A stretch of 64,000 bases of DNA from an uncultured virus (IMG/VR IMGVR_UViG_3300012041_000021) (lineage: Duplodnaviria > Heunggongvirae > Uroviricota > Caudoviricetes). Positions 19,802 through 29,437 of this stretch are shown here, piece by piece (within the stretch, counting starts at the first letter, position 1; the number at the start of each line of letters is the position of its first letter). The stretch lies in IMG/VR virus record IMGVR_UViG_3300012041_000021; one strand, 5' to 3'. A program made the translations under genes and the position numbers. The notes beneath the pieces are model-generated. The model was not told the DNA's origin, did not search any database, and saw only the letters and a program-made list of their open reading frames with translations.

Positions 19802-20569
19802 ATGGCAGCAAGTAATGGCTCAAGCACAGGAAGGAAGAACTACTATAATGTAAGTTATGGTAAATTATCAACAAAATCAAAAGATGCTCCTGAAGGTTTC
19901 ACGGAAATCGCAGAAGCAGATTTAAAATCAAAAACACAGGCGGTTGAATCTATCGACTTAAGAAGAAGATTTATCAACAAAGGAACAGGAGAAAGACCTT
20001 TTCAAGTTTTCTATGATAGCCTTACCGGAGTTATTGAAGCTTTTGAAAAGCATGAGAATGACAACGGAATCAATCTAAACTTAACAGTTTTAGATGAAGA
20101 TGGAGACACAAGTATTTTACAGGTTAAGTTTTATTCAAAATATGCGGAAAACTTATTGAACCGTTTATTGAATACACCAACAGACAAAACGTTTACATTT
20201 TTCCCTTATGCAATTGCCAACACAGCAGAAATCAATGGAGAAAAAAGGTCGTTCTACACTCAAGGAGTTTCTTTAAAAGCAGATGGAGTTAAGATTGAAG
20301 GTAAGTATAAAAATGACGACGCTGAATTACCTCCAACAGAACAGGTTAAAGTTCAAGGTAAAGCTACTACAAGTAGAGATAAGAGATTAGATTTCTTGTT
20401 TGAAGAGTTCTCAAAAGTGTTCACGCCCGGAGCGTCTAACATGACAGAGCAAGACCCACATTTAGGGACTACTCCTAAGACTCCAAAACCTGCTACTCCT
20501 CAAGAGGCTTTTGAATCAGCACCACAATCTTCGGCGAAATCTTTGTCTAACGACGATTTACCGTTTTAA
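19802..20569 (+). CDS. Single-stranded DNA-binding protein (putative)
   Basis: Beta-rich body, disordered linker, acidic C-terminus DDLPF. Confidence 0.65.
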   Translation: MAASNGSSTGRKNYYNVSYGKLSTKSKDAPEGFTEIAEADLKSKTQAVESIDLRRRFINKGTGERPFQVFYDSLTGVIEAFEKHENDNGINLNLTVLDEDGDTSILQVKFYSKYAENLLNRLLNTPTDKTFTFFPYAIANTAEINGEKRSFYTQGVSLKADGVKIEGKYKNDDAELPPTEQVKVQGKATTSRDKRLDFLFEEFSKVFTPGASNMTEQDPHLGTTPKTPKPATPQEAFESAPQSSAKSLSNDDLPF

Positions 20570-20588
20570 TCTTACAAATAATAATTAC

Positions 20589-20610
20589 ACCCCCTTAATT
20601 GGGGGTTTTT
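20589..20610 (+). terminator. Intrinsic terminator
   Basis: ACCCCC-TTAATT-GGGGGT followed by T-run. Confidence 0.75.
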
Positions 20611-20623
20611 AAAACCAAAAACA

Positions 20624-21287
20624 ATGAATAAAAATCCATTTGAATACGGATACTTAGGAGACGAAAGATTTGAAATCTCCGCAATGGAATACAATCTTTT
20701 AAGAGTTGCTTTAGAGCAAGGTTTAGAAGCAACACAATCAGTAGATTACCCGGAAGTGTTTCAATTTATTGATACAGCAACAAGTAAAAAAGCTACAAAA
20801 TATACTGACGAAGATTTAGCTTTGGGTAGAGTAGTTAGAGTAACTGATAAAGAAGCTACTTTCTCTCAAGGAAATGCCCAAGTTTCTTACAACGGTTTAA
20901 AATTAAAAGCTGAAATGCTTCACGCTCAAGAGCTTTTAATGGACATTCACGTTAGAAATATGGAATCCGGCATAGCTAAACCAATTGCAGATTTGCAAGC
21001 CACTCTAGCTCAACCTCAAGAACATGCAGCGCAGGATTAAAGTTTTAAAAGAGGCGTTAGGTGCTCAATGTACTTACGCCTCCTTTTCTAAGGAGAAGTT
21101 TAAAAGCGAAGAAACAGGGGAATGGAAAATGGAAAATTGTGTTAAAGTAAAGTTTAATGACCGCACTTCTTACACAATCATTTATCAAGAGCCTTTAGAT
21201 ATCAAACACATATATACAGAATTAATGGAAGCTAGGCATAGCTTGAAACAAGTGGATAACGATGAACGAAGCGCAGACACAATATAA
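20624..21287 (+). other. Two hypothetical CDSs (20624-21040, 21024-21287)
   Basis: ORF track, overlapping stop/start. Confidence 0.65.
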
Positions 21288-21415
21288 CGCTCTGCTTGCA
21301 AGCGGGGATTTAAAAGACATGTTTCCCGGCATGAAAGGTAATTGGGAGCAAGATGGAAAAGTATTCACAGAGTTGTGGAGACAAAATAACGAAATAATTG
21401 AATCAATATATACAG

Positions 21416-22996
21416 ATGCTAAAAACAGGAGAAAAGGCTAGACAGTCAGTAGTTGATGGAGTTAATAGAGTAGCTTCCCCGGTAGTCGCAACAGCCGGAG
21501 CTGAAGGTAAGTTTGCCTTAATTGAAAGTCAGTATGGTTTCGCTCCACATCCAACTAAGGATGGAGCAACTGTTTTAGACGCTGTTTTCGGTACTAATCA
21601 GTATGAAGAGTTGGGCGCACAAATGCTTAAACAAGCAGCTAACCGGACAGCGGATTTAGTGGGCGACGGAACAACTACTACTACCATTCTAGCTCAAGCA
21701 ATGATTAACAGAGCCTTAGCAATTGATTACACTTCTCACGTAGAGATTAAACGTGGCATGGAAGAAGCAATTGAAGAAGTTAAGTGGCATTTACAAAACC
21801 TAAAGAAAACGGTAGGAGCTAAAGAGATGGTTGAAATAGCAACTGTTTCTGCTAACAATGACGCAGAGCTAGGAGAACTAGTAGCTGAAGTTTATACTAA
21901 AGTAGGTTTGGATTCCACTATCGACGTTAAGTTAGGCACTAGTGAAAAGACTTACGTAAACTATGTAGAGGGTATTAAACTTGAAAGAGGGTTTGCAATG
22001 CCGCACTTCTGTACGGATTATGGAAAAGGAGTTGCCGAATTAGAAGACTGTAAAATCTTAATCTACAACGACTCTATTAAAGCGGTAACAGAAGTAACTG
22101 AAGTTATTAGAGAGTGTATCAACACTAAGAAGAGTTTGCTTATTATCGCGGACGATGTATCTGAAGCTGCTATGGCTTCGTTCATTCAAATCAAGCGCGA
22201 CAGTACTATTCAAATCTGCGTTTCTATTTCTCCCGAATTTGGAGAGAAACGTGAAAATGTTTTACAAGATTTAGCTTTAGCTGTCGGTGCTTCTGTTTAC
22301 AATTCTAAATTCAATACTCAAATTGTTTTGGGCGACGCTAAGAAAGTAACAGCATTTAGAGATAAAACTATCATTCTAGCTGACGATGAAGCTAATAAAG
22401 AAGTTATGGGATTGAGAATCAATGAGTTGCAAGCTCAAATTAAAGACGCTGACAAGCTTGACAAAATCAGTTTGAAACGCAGAATCTCAAACCTTAAATC
22501 TTCCATAGCTGAAATCATTGTAGGAGGAACTACGGAGATGGAAATCAAAGAGAAGAAAGACCGAATTGATGATGCTGTTCCCGCTTTAAAAAGCGCAATA
22601 GAGGGAGGATATATCGCCGGAGGAGGAAGTGCTCTTTATCACATCGCCGGACTTTTGACAAACGATTGTGTATTGAGTAGCGGAGAGAAGAAAGGATTTG
22701 AAGTTGTAAGAGAATCTATTAAAAGACCTTTGAAACAGATTTTGGAAAATGCAGGTCTTAGTGTCAGCAGTTGTTGGTTTGATTATACATTCTTCAAAGA
22801 TTTAAATAGCCGCCCAATAGTTAAGACTTATGGCGTGGGAGTGAATGTTAAAACTAGAAGAGTGGAGAACATGTTTGAATCAGGAATTATTGATTCAGTT
22901 AAAGTTACAGAAATGGCTTTAGATAATGCACTTTCAGTTGCCACTATCGCGCTCTTCACGGATTCATTAATATTAAGTAAAAATTTAGGAGAGTAA
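21416..22996 (+). CDS. groEL: GroEL-like chaperonin
   Basis: TKDGATV, GDGTTTTT, ATVSANND, EKKDRIDDA, GGG, GIID; likely start ATG 21416. Confidence 0.95.
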   Translation: MLKTGEKARQSVVDGVNRVASPVVATAGAEGKFALIESQYGFAPHPTKDGATVLDAVFGTNQYEELGAQMLKQAANRTADLVGDGTTTTTILAQAMINRALAIDYTSHVEIKRGMEEAIEEVKWHLQNLKKTVGAKEMVEIATVSANNDAELGELVAEVYTKVGLDSTIDVKLGTSEKTYVNYVEGIKLERGFAMPHFCTDYGKGVAELEDCKILIYNDSIKAVTEVTEVIRECINTKKSLLIIADDVSEAAMASFIQIKRDSTIQICVSISPEFGEKRENVLQDLALAVGASVYNSKFNTQIVLGDAKKVTAFRDKTIILADDEANKEVMGLRINELQAQIKDADKLDKISLKRRISNLKSSIAEIIVGGTTEMEIKEKKDRIDDAVPALKSAIEGGYIAGGGSALYHIAGLLTNDCVLSSGEKKGFEVVRESIKRPLKQILENAGLSVSSCWFDYTFFKDLNSRPIVKTYGVGVNVKTRRVENMFESGIIDSVKVTEMALDNALSVATIALFTDSLILSKNLGE

Positions 22997-23253
22997 TGGA
23001 AAACCCTGCATTTAAAAGAGTACTAGTCAGTAGAGAGACAACTAAAGAAACTGTAAGTTGGGATTATAAAGAAGAACAAGAATTCCCTCCCTACAAAGTA
23101 GAAGCTGTTGGTGAGATGTGCGACGATTTTATAAAAAGAATAAAAACTTTAAATAAAGAAGTTATCATTTCAGATGGCGGAAAAATAAAAATCAAAGAAG
23201 AGGGTGGTAGAGAATATTATCTTATTCCTCAAGAAGCGATTTTGATGTATTAA
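22996..23253 (+). CDS. GroES-like co-chaperonin (divergent)
   Basis: 85 aa coupled to groEL; RVLV, V.AVG and EYYLI.QEAIL match the GroES pattern. Confidence 0.65.
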   Translation: MENPAFKRVLVSRETTKETVSWDYKEEQEFPPYKVEAVGEMCDDFIKRIKTLNKEVIISDGGKIKIKEEGGREYYLIPQEAILMY

Positions 23254-23260
23254 GAGCAGA

Positions 23261-23293
23261 GAAAGGAGAGCATTAATTTGTTCTCCTTTTTTT
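23261..23293 (+). terminator. Intrinsic terminator
   Basis: AAAGGAGAGC...GTTCTCCTTT followed by T-run. Confidence 0.75.
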
Positions 23294-23366
23294 GTGAAAA
23301 ATAATTACGAATTTTCTTTTTTATCTCAAATATTATTCTTACATTTGCATAAGAAAAATAAGAGAT

Positions 23367-24926
23367 ATGGATAATAAATATTACACACCGGACGAGGACG
23401 AATTTTGTAAAGGGTTTGAATATGAAGTTTTTGAAGAAGCTCCGAAAGACATCGACCCTAATTGGCTAACTTTCGTACCTGTCCCTGAAGAAGATACGTG
23501 GTTTAAATTTAAATTCCCCGACCCTTACGTAGGATGGAATTTACCGTTACTTTTAAGGAGAAAGATTAGAGTTAAGTATTTAGACAGAGAAGATTTTGAA
23601 GAAGTTCTAAACCGGAAGCAATTGAAAGGAGATGACGTGGAATTAAATTTTCAAGTTATTGTTAGCGATAGGATAATGTATGAGTTTGATTATGACACAG
23701 ACATTTTGGAACTCACAGTGGAAATGTTTGTGGAAGATTTAGAAAGAGGTAAGAGTCACTGTTATCCGCTTTTTGATGGAGTAGTAAAAAACAAGTTAGA
23801 ATTAAAGAAACTCTTAAAACAATTGAAAATACAGTAATATGAATTGCTTAACTTACTTATTAGACTTGTGGCGAAGAGATAATAGAATTGTAATATATTA
23901 TAATGGAGACCATGCAAAAGGAGTTGTAGAAAATTGGGTTTTAGATTCTAATGCTCCACCTAGAAAAAAGTCTAGGGAGGATTTAGATAAATATCTTCCA
24001 CTTGAAGATTGCCACTATAAAGAAACCTTAGCTAAGGTGTTTAATTTGGACGAGAAAGATACATTAACTTTAAAAGAATACTATGACCATCTTAGATTTA
24101 GTAGCCGAGATTAGCGAGTTAGTGGAGAACGAACCGAATGATATGATTCTAGGAGAAAAGATTAGAAAATTATTAAACAAAGAGGTATGAAAGTAGAGGT
24201 AGGAGAACACGGACTTATCGAAATGAAAGAAGTCTACAACCCAATAATTTTTGACTCTAATGACGGAGAGAGATTATCTGTCTGTATGCGAGACAGTGGG
24301 TTTGCACTAATGTACGAAGGTAAACCTTATTGGGCACAGAAGGGGGAGATTACAGGATTGGAGGATTACACGGTTTTAGACCATCTTATAGCCGCGAAAC
24401 AAGAAATAGAAAAAGGAAACAGTAAAGAAGATTTAAACTCACTTAGCTTTTTAGAAGAAGCGATTAAGTGGCAACAAACTAAACAACTATGAAAACATAT
24501 ACAGAAGAAGAAGTAGAAGATTTATTAAGTACTCAAAAAGAAAACTGTTATACTGCAATATTTGCACAAACACAAGACGAAGGTCTTTTAGAGAAAGTTC
24601 TTTGCGCTCCTGAACCGGGAGGTTGGAGAAAGAAGAAAAAACACTTTGCTATGATTAAATGTGGAATTGAATATGCACCGTACATACCTACAATAGATGC
24701 AGATTTTGATATGGCTAAATTATTTGAATTTACTAATAATTTACAATTTACCCCGATAGACCCCACTCCAAAAGAAGACCCAACAGCTCTAGTAGAAATC
24801 TCAAAAGAGACTGTAGACTTTCTGAAGATGAACTGTAACGTGGAAAGAGAAAGTTATGGAGAGAACACTTACATTTTGAACAACTTAAGATTTAAACTAA
24901 TTGAAGCCGATGAAAAAGATATTTAG
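23367..24926 (+). other. Four hypothetical CDSs behind promoter TACATTTG (23340)
   Basis: ORFs at 23367, 23839, 24187, 24489. Confidence 0.6.
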
Positions 24927-25347
24927 CCTAGCAATACTAATCTGTTTATTCACTGCATGTACAACTTCAGTACCATTGACACAGACTAAAGACAATCTAA
25001 TGATTGTGAAAGCAACCCTTAACGATTACATTACTGTTCCTTTCATTATAGACACCGGAGCAAGTACTGTAAGTATCCCGGAGTCAATCTTTGAAACTTT
25101 AGTGGAAGGGGAAACAATTGAAAAAGGAGATATGCTTGCAAGCGAGAAATACATTTTAGCCGATGGAAATATAGTAGTCTGTCAAAGAGTAATGCTTAAA
25201 TCATTTAAGATAGGTAACACTACTTTGTATGACGTAGAAGCAATCATCAGTACGAATCCTAATGCGCCCTTCCTTTTAGGACAGAATGTGATTTCAAAAT
25301 TTAAGAGAATAACTATAGATTACAGAACAAACAAATTAACTTATTAA
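24910..25347 (+). CDS. Retropepsin-like aspartyl protease, lipoprotein
   Basis: FIIDTGAS and LLGQN motifs; signal peptide MKKIFSLAILICLFTAC with lipobox. Confidence 0.85.
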   Translation: MKKIFSLAILICLFTACTTSVPLTQTKDNLMIVKATLNDYITVPFIIDTGASTVSIPESIFETLVEGETIEKGDMLASEKYILADGNIVVCQRVMLKSFKIGNTTLYDVEAIISTNPNAPFLLGQNVISKFKRITIDYRTNKLTY

Positions 25348-25349
25348 CT

Positions 25350-26088
25350 ATGAAAATTAAAGAAATACACGAATTTTTTAGTGCTGACCACGACAATGTT
25401 TCGTCCGTCACAGTAATCGTAGAAACAGAACATGAAACAGGAGCTGTCGCTTTTGGAGAAGGAGAGCCGGAAGACATGTACCTCTTTAGAGACCTTATTG
25501 ATGCCTATGACATTTCAGACCTTTTGAAGATGGCTTACTATGCCGGGAAAAGAGGAGAGAGTTTGGAATATGAATTTATAGAAGAAAGAGATGATGAATA
25601 GAGCAGTCGAAGCAGTGGACGATGCAATAGTAGAAGTGGAATTATTAGGAACAAATCCACAACTTAAGAACATAGTATTAATGCTTGCAGAAACCAAAGC
25701 ATATTTAGAAGACTATTTAAACGGGGGGAAATAAAAAACAAACAGACTTATGAACAACACTGTAGAAATAAAAGTAAATCACTTAAGAAACCAACTGTCC
25801 TATTCCATAAACCTTTCCGACGCAATATACCCTTGGCAAATACGTGAGGGTATTCAAGAAGCTTTAAGACTCGCGGGGTATGATGAAGGAACAATAGATG
25901 AAGTATTTCATCAGATGCCTGATATGGAGCAAAGCGGAATGGATATGGAATGTAATGAAGTGGATGAGAATAAAGAAGAAGAACCTCCCACTTGGAATGG
26001 AGAAGCATGGGTTGATGTAGAAGGTAATATAGTTGGACACCCTTATGAAACCCGTAGCGATATAGGTAGTGCAGAAGACTCCCTATAA
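25350..26088 (+). other. Small acidic hypothetical CDSs ending the middle-gene block
   Basis: ORFs 25350-25601 and 25750-26088, followed by a terminator. Confidence 0.6.
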
Positions 26089-26139
26089 TAATACCCCCAA
26101 GATGAATCTTACCCTCCCCACATTACATTTTATAATATT

Positions 26140-26172
26140 ACCCCCCCGGTCATTCTTTGGTCGGGGTTTTTT
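26140..26172 (+). terminator. Intrinsic terminator
   Basis: CCCCGGTCA-TTCTT-TGGTCGGGG followed by T-run. Confidence 0.65.
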
Positions 26173-26382
26173 GTTTAAATGCTTATTTTTGAAAAATACT
26201 TTTACGTGGTAGGCAACGTATGCACCATAGCGAATCGCCCGCCCACAAAAAAGTGTTTCTGCCCACCCCCCCGGTCTATCTCAAAGTCTCTTAAAAGCCC
26301 TGTAAACTACCTTAAAAAAGTTTTTGAACTGACAATCTTTTTTTATCTTTATTTATTAACAAGTTATCAAAAGTTATTAACT

Positions 26383-27049
26383 ATTTATACTAAGTCTAAA
26401 TAAACTTAAGTCTTTGTCCGGTCTGTTTATCTTTATTTAGATTAAGTCTATATAGTATAATTAATACCTTTTTTATTTGTTTTTGTCATTTTGTCATTTT
26501 GCGCCTTATTTAGATTCATTATAAATTTCTGTTTTGATTAGGATTATTCATTTTAATTTATTAATATACGCGCCCGCGCCCGCCCGCGCAGGCACACACG
26601 CGAGCCACTATTTAGATTCATTATAAATTAACACTCAATATATTTTTATAACAAAATAATCTGTTTTTGGCTTGGTCATTCAAAATATTGTCCCTGTTCA
26701 ACGTTCTCAAACTTTTAATACTTCCATACATTTGCACCTGTTTACATTACTTAAAACACCTTTAAAATCGTTTTTAAGGCTATTTAATAACCTTTTACCT
26801 TTATAATAAATGAAAAGCGGGCGCGCGTATATTATACGAAATTCTTTTTAAATAAAAAAATTTATTTTCACTTTCTATTAAAAAACTTTTATGCACCTTT
26901 ACACTGTCCAAAAGACATGATAAAAAGGAGTTCTTATTTAGACTGAAAATAAATAACAAAAAAAGTTAGGTTATATCAAATAAATTATTACCTTTGAAAT
27001 GTCCAAAAGACATAAAGAAAAAGAGGTCTTATTTAGAATGAAAATAAAT
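26383..27049. promoter_or_regulatory. Six 19-bp ATTTAGA-N5-T(C/A)TAAAT-type imperfect palindromes (Fur-box-like)
   Basis: Copies at 26383, 26435, 26508, 26610, 26936, 27031; those at 26508 and 26610 are identical (ATTTAGATTCATTATAAAT). Confidence 0.65.
26562..26834. repeat. GC-rich inverted repeat pair
   Basis: TAATATACGCGCCCGC (26562-26577) versus GCGGGCGCGCGTATATTA (26817-26834). Confidence 0.75.
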
Positions 27050-27108
27050 AACGAAAGTTGTTTGGTAGTTTAAAAAAAGTTTCTATCTTTGTAGTGTCCA
27101 AAGGGACA
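26894..27108 (+). promoter_or_regulatory. Three tandem early promoter units, 95-bp period
   Basis: -7 boxes CACCTTTA (26894, degenerate), TACCTTTG (26989), TATCTTTG (27084), each followed by TGTCCAAA(A/GG)GACA at 26905, 27000, 27095. Confidence 0.8.
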
Positions 27109-28314
27109 AAAGTTCTTTAAGTATTGGGTTATTAGGTCGTTAGGGGTTCATTAATCCTGTCGTAACGCAACAAAACAAGTTTTTTAACTGTTGAGATGTC
27201 AACATTAATCAAGGCGTTTTACGCAAAATCAAGAGCGTGCCTATATTCCTTTAAATCGGTTCATTGACATTATGATAGTATATAAAAATTCGGTTTTGCT
27301 AGTCGTATTGATTATTTTTATTAATCTTTCCATTAGTAGAGGCTATATTTTACCTTAAGTCTATTTTATAACAGTTTAACACGTTATAAAGTCCTGACAG
27401 AATAAGCGAAAAACGAAAGTACTTTTTTTAAGAGTATTGCTAAATTGATATATATTATTTGTTGGGCGGGATATAAAAACACGTAGTTCACCGCTAACTA
27501 GATGATGATTGTAAAATAGTTGGGATAACTGTATAATTTCGTCAAGGGTGCAAAATAGGTCTGCGGGTCTCGAAAAATTGCACAGTGTTACACTTCACTA
27601 AACCCAAAATAAGGGCAAAAAGTAAATATTACAGAATCGTATGGGGTTATTAATATACCTTACTTGCAAAGCGACAAAAGTAAAAAATTAAATACTCCCC
27701 TTAAAAGATTAGTCTTTGTTAAGTTCATTACTTATAAGGGGAACGAGTAGCCAATAACGGCGCAAAATAAAAACAGTAAAATTATGAAAAAGTTTAAAGT
27801 TACTTATAATCACGACGTATATAAACCGTCTAATTATGAAATGTTTAAAGCACAGCAAGCTTGGTCAATAACTATTGAAGCAGAGGACTTAAACACAGCC
27901 AAAGGTAAATTAAAGTTAATGTATATCATTAACCCTGCTTACTTTAATATAGTAGAGGTAAACTAAAAACAGTAAAATTATGGCAAAGTTAGTTAAATTA
28001 ACAGACAATCAGAGAAACAAACTAGTAGTAGCAATAGTTAAAAACTCCGTATCTTATCAATGTAAGCATATCGACTATAAAATCGTTGGGAGTAGTGTGC
28101 ATATTTTTGACGCTAGAGACAACGAAACGTTTTCAGCCACAGAGTTATGTAGTCAATTAAGCGGGTTTAACCAATACTTTACTATTGATGAAGGTAAAAT
28201 AGTACTTAGAATCTTTTAATATGCTAGTAATCAGTCTTTTAGCAGTTACCATTATCGTTTTAATGGTAGCTGTTTTCTGTTTAGCTTATAAGATAGCAGG
28301 AAAGTTTTTATAAT

Positions 28315-28330
28315 TGTTCCACGTGGAACA
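28315..28330. promoter_or_regulatory. parS-type palindrome
   Basis: Perfect TGTTCCACGTGGAACA, matching the widespread bacterial parS consensus TGTT(T/C)CACGTG(A/G)AACA; intergenic. Confidence 0.8.
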
Positions 28331-29198
28331 AAGCGCGGGAAGCCCTGTAAATAGAGGGATAAACCCCAAAAAAGTATTTTATTACCTTAAAACAGGGGTA
28401 AATTACACTCTAAAAAATCGCATTACATAACGAATTACATATATATCCTTATTATGAAACTAGTTGAAAAAATCAAGTTAATAGCTATCCAATTATTGGA
28501 AGATAACACAATGTTAACCGTTGAAAATTTTATGAAGCAATCTAATTTATCTTTAATAGATTGTGAGCAAGAAATTTTGGACTACCTTAGTAAAAGTCAA
28601 ATGAATAGTAAGATAGGTATTCATTCTACTATTGTATTGCGTACAGTAGGGAAAAACACTATTGAATACGACGGTAAAGAGGTTATGATAACAGACGGTT
28701 GGAAGGTTGATTACGGTTACTTTGATAAGGGTAAAAATGTTATCCGTTATGATAGTAGTTACATGTTTAGGAGTTCTATGTATAGACAAGCTCTTAAGAG
28801 TGCTAATTATTATGGAATTAAATCTTTTTATTAATCTTTTTTCCCGCGAAAATTTAAAACAATAGTATTATGAACAAGATATTAGAATTTGTATTACAAG
28901 CTCGTCAAGGACATTATGTGCATGCGTTGGAAGTATCGGACGTTTACGAGTTAGAAAGCTGTTTAGAATCGTTATATAGCGAGTTTGTGGAAGAGTACGG
29001 ACTGCCGGAATTGATTGATTTTTGTACTTCCTTAGAATTGTACTGTTTAGACGACGACGACTTAAGCGAAGAGTTAAACAGCTTAAAGGGAGAGCAAGTA
29101 TATAACTTTAATATTGAAGAGTTTTTAAATAACCTTTAGTTTTCTTTTTCCCCGAAAAACTAAGTAAATAATTTTAACCACTATTAATAAATAATATC

Positions 29199-29437
29199 AT
29201 GACTAAGCAAGAATTAAACAGGGACATTAAAGTCTTTATAATAAGTTTGACAAGTTAGCAGGGGACGACTTTTATAAGTTCGTCGAAACAGAGGGACAAA
29301 AAGAGTTTAAAAGATTATACTACGCTGATTCGGAAGCGGACTACCTGAACAAAACGACGTTGTTAATGATGATGAACTTAAACAGACGTTACAGGTATAT
29401 ACAGTTTCACACATTCTATATTAACGCTGAAATTTAG
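29199..29437 (+). pseudogene. Small ORF split by a -1 frameshift
   Basis: MTKQELNRDIK then, after a -1 shift at 29231, SLYNKFDKLAGDDFYKFVETEGQKEFKRLYYAD...EI*. Confidence 0.5.

Larger units (their letters stand above)
26180..27783. other. Large non-coding region, probable genome terminus / first-injected end
   Basis: No credible ORF; C-run motifs near 26240-26275; T-rich to A-rich skew switch near 26.8 kb; followed by tandem promoters and early genes. Confidence 0.55.

Noticed and set aside
26179..26403. 74-aa ORF in the terminal region
   Set aside because: Lies after a terminator, overlaps repeat motifs and has atypical composition
26894..27108. CRISPR-like array from the 95-bp periodic TGTCCAAAAGACA repeats
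   Set aside because: The intervening sequences are themselves homologous and contain promoter boxes; no unique spacers or cas genes
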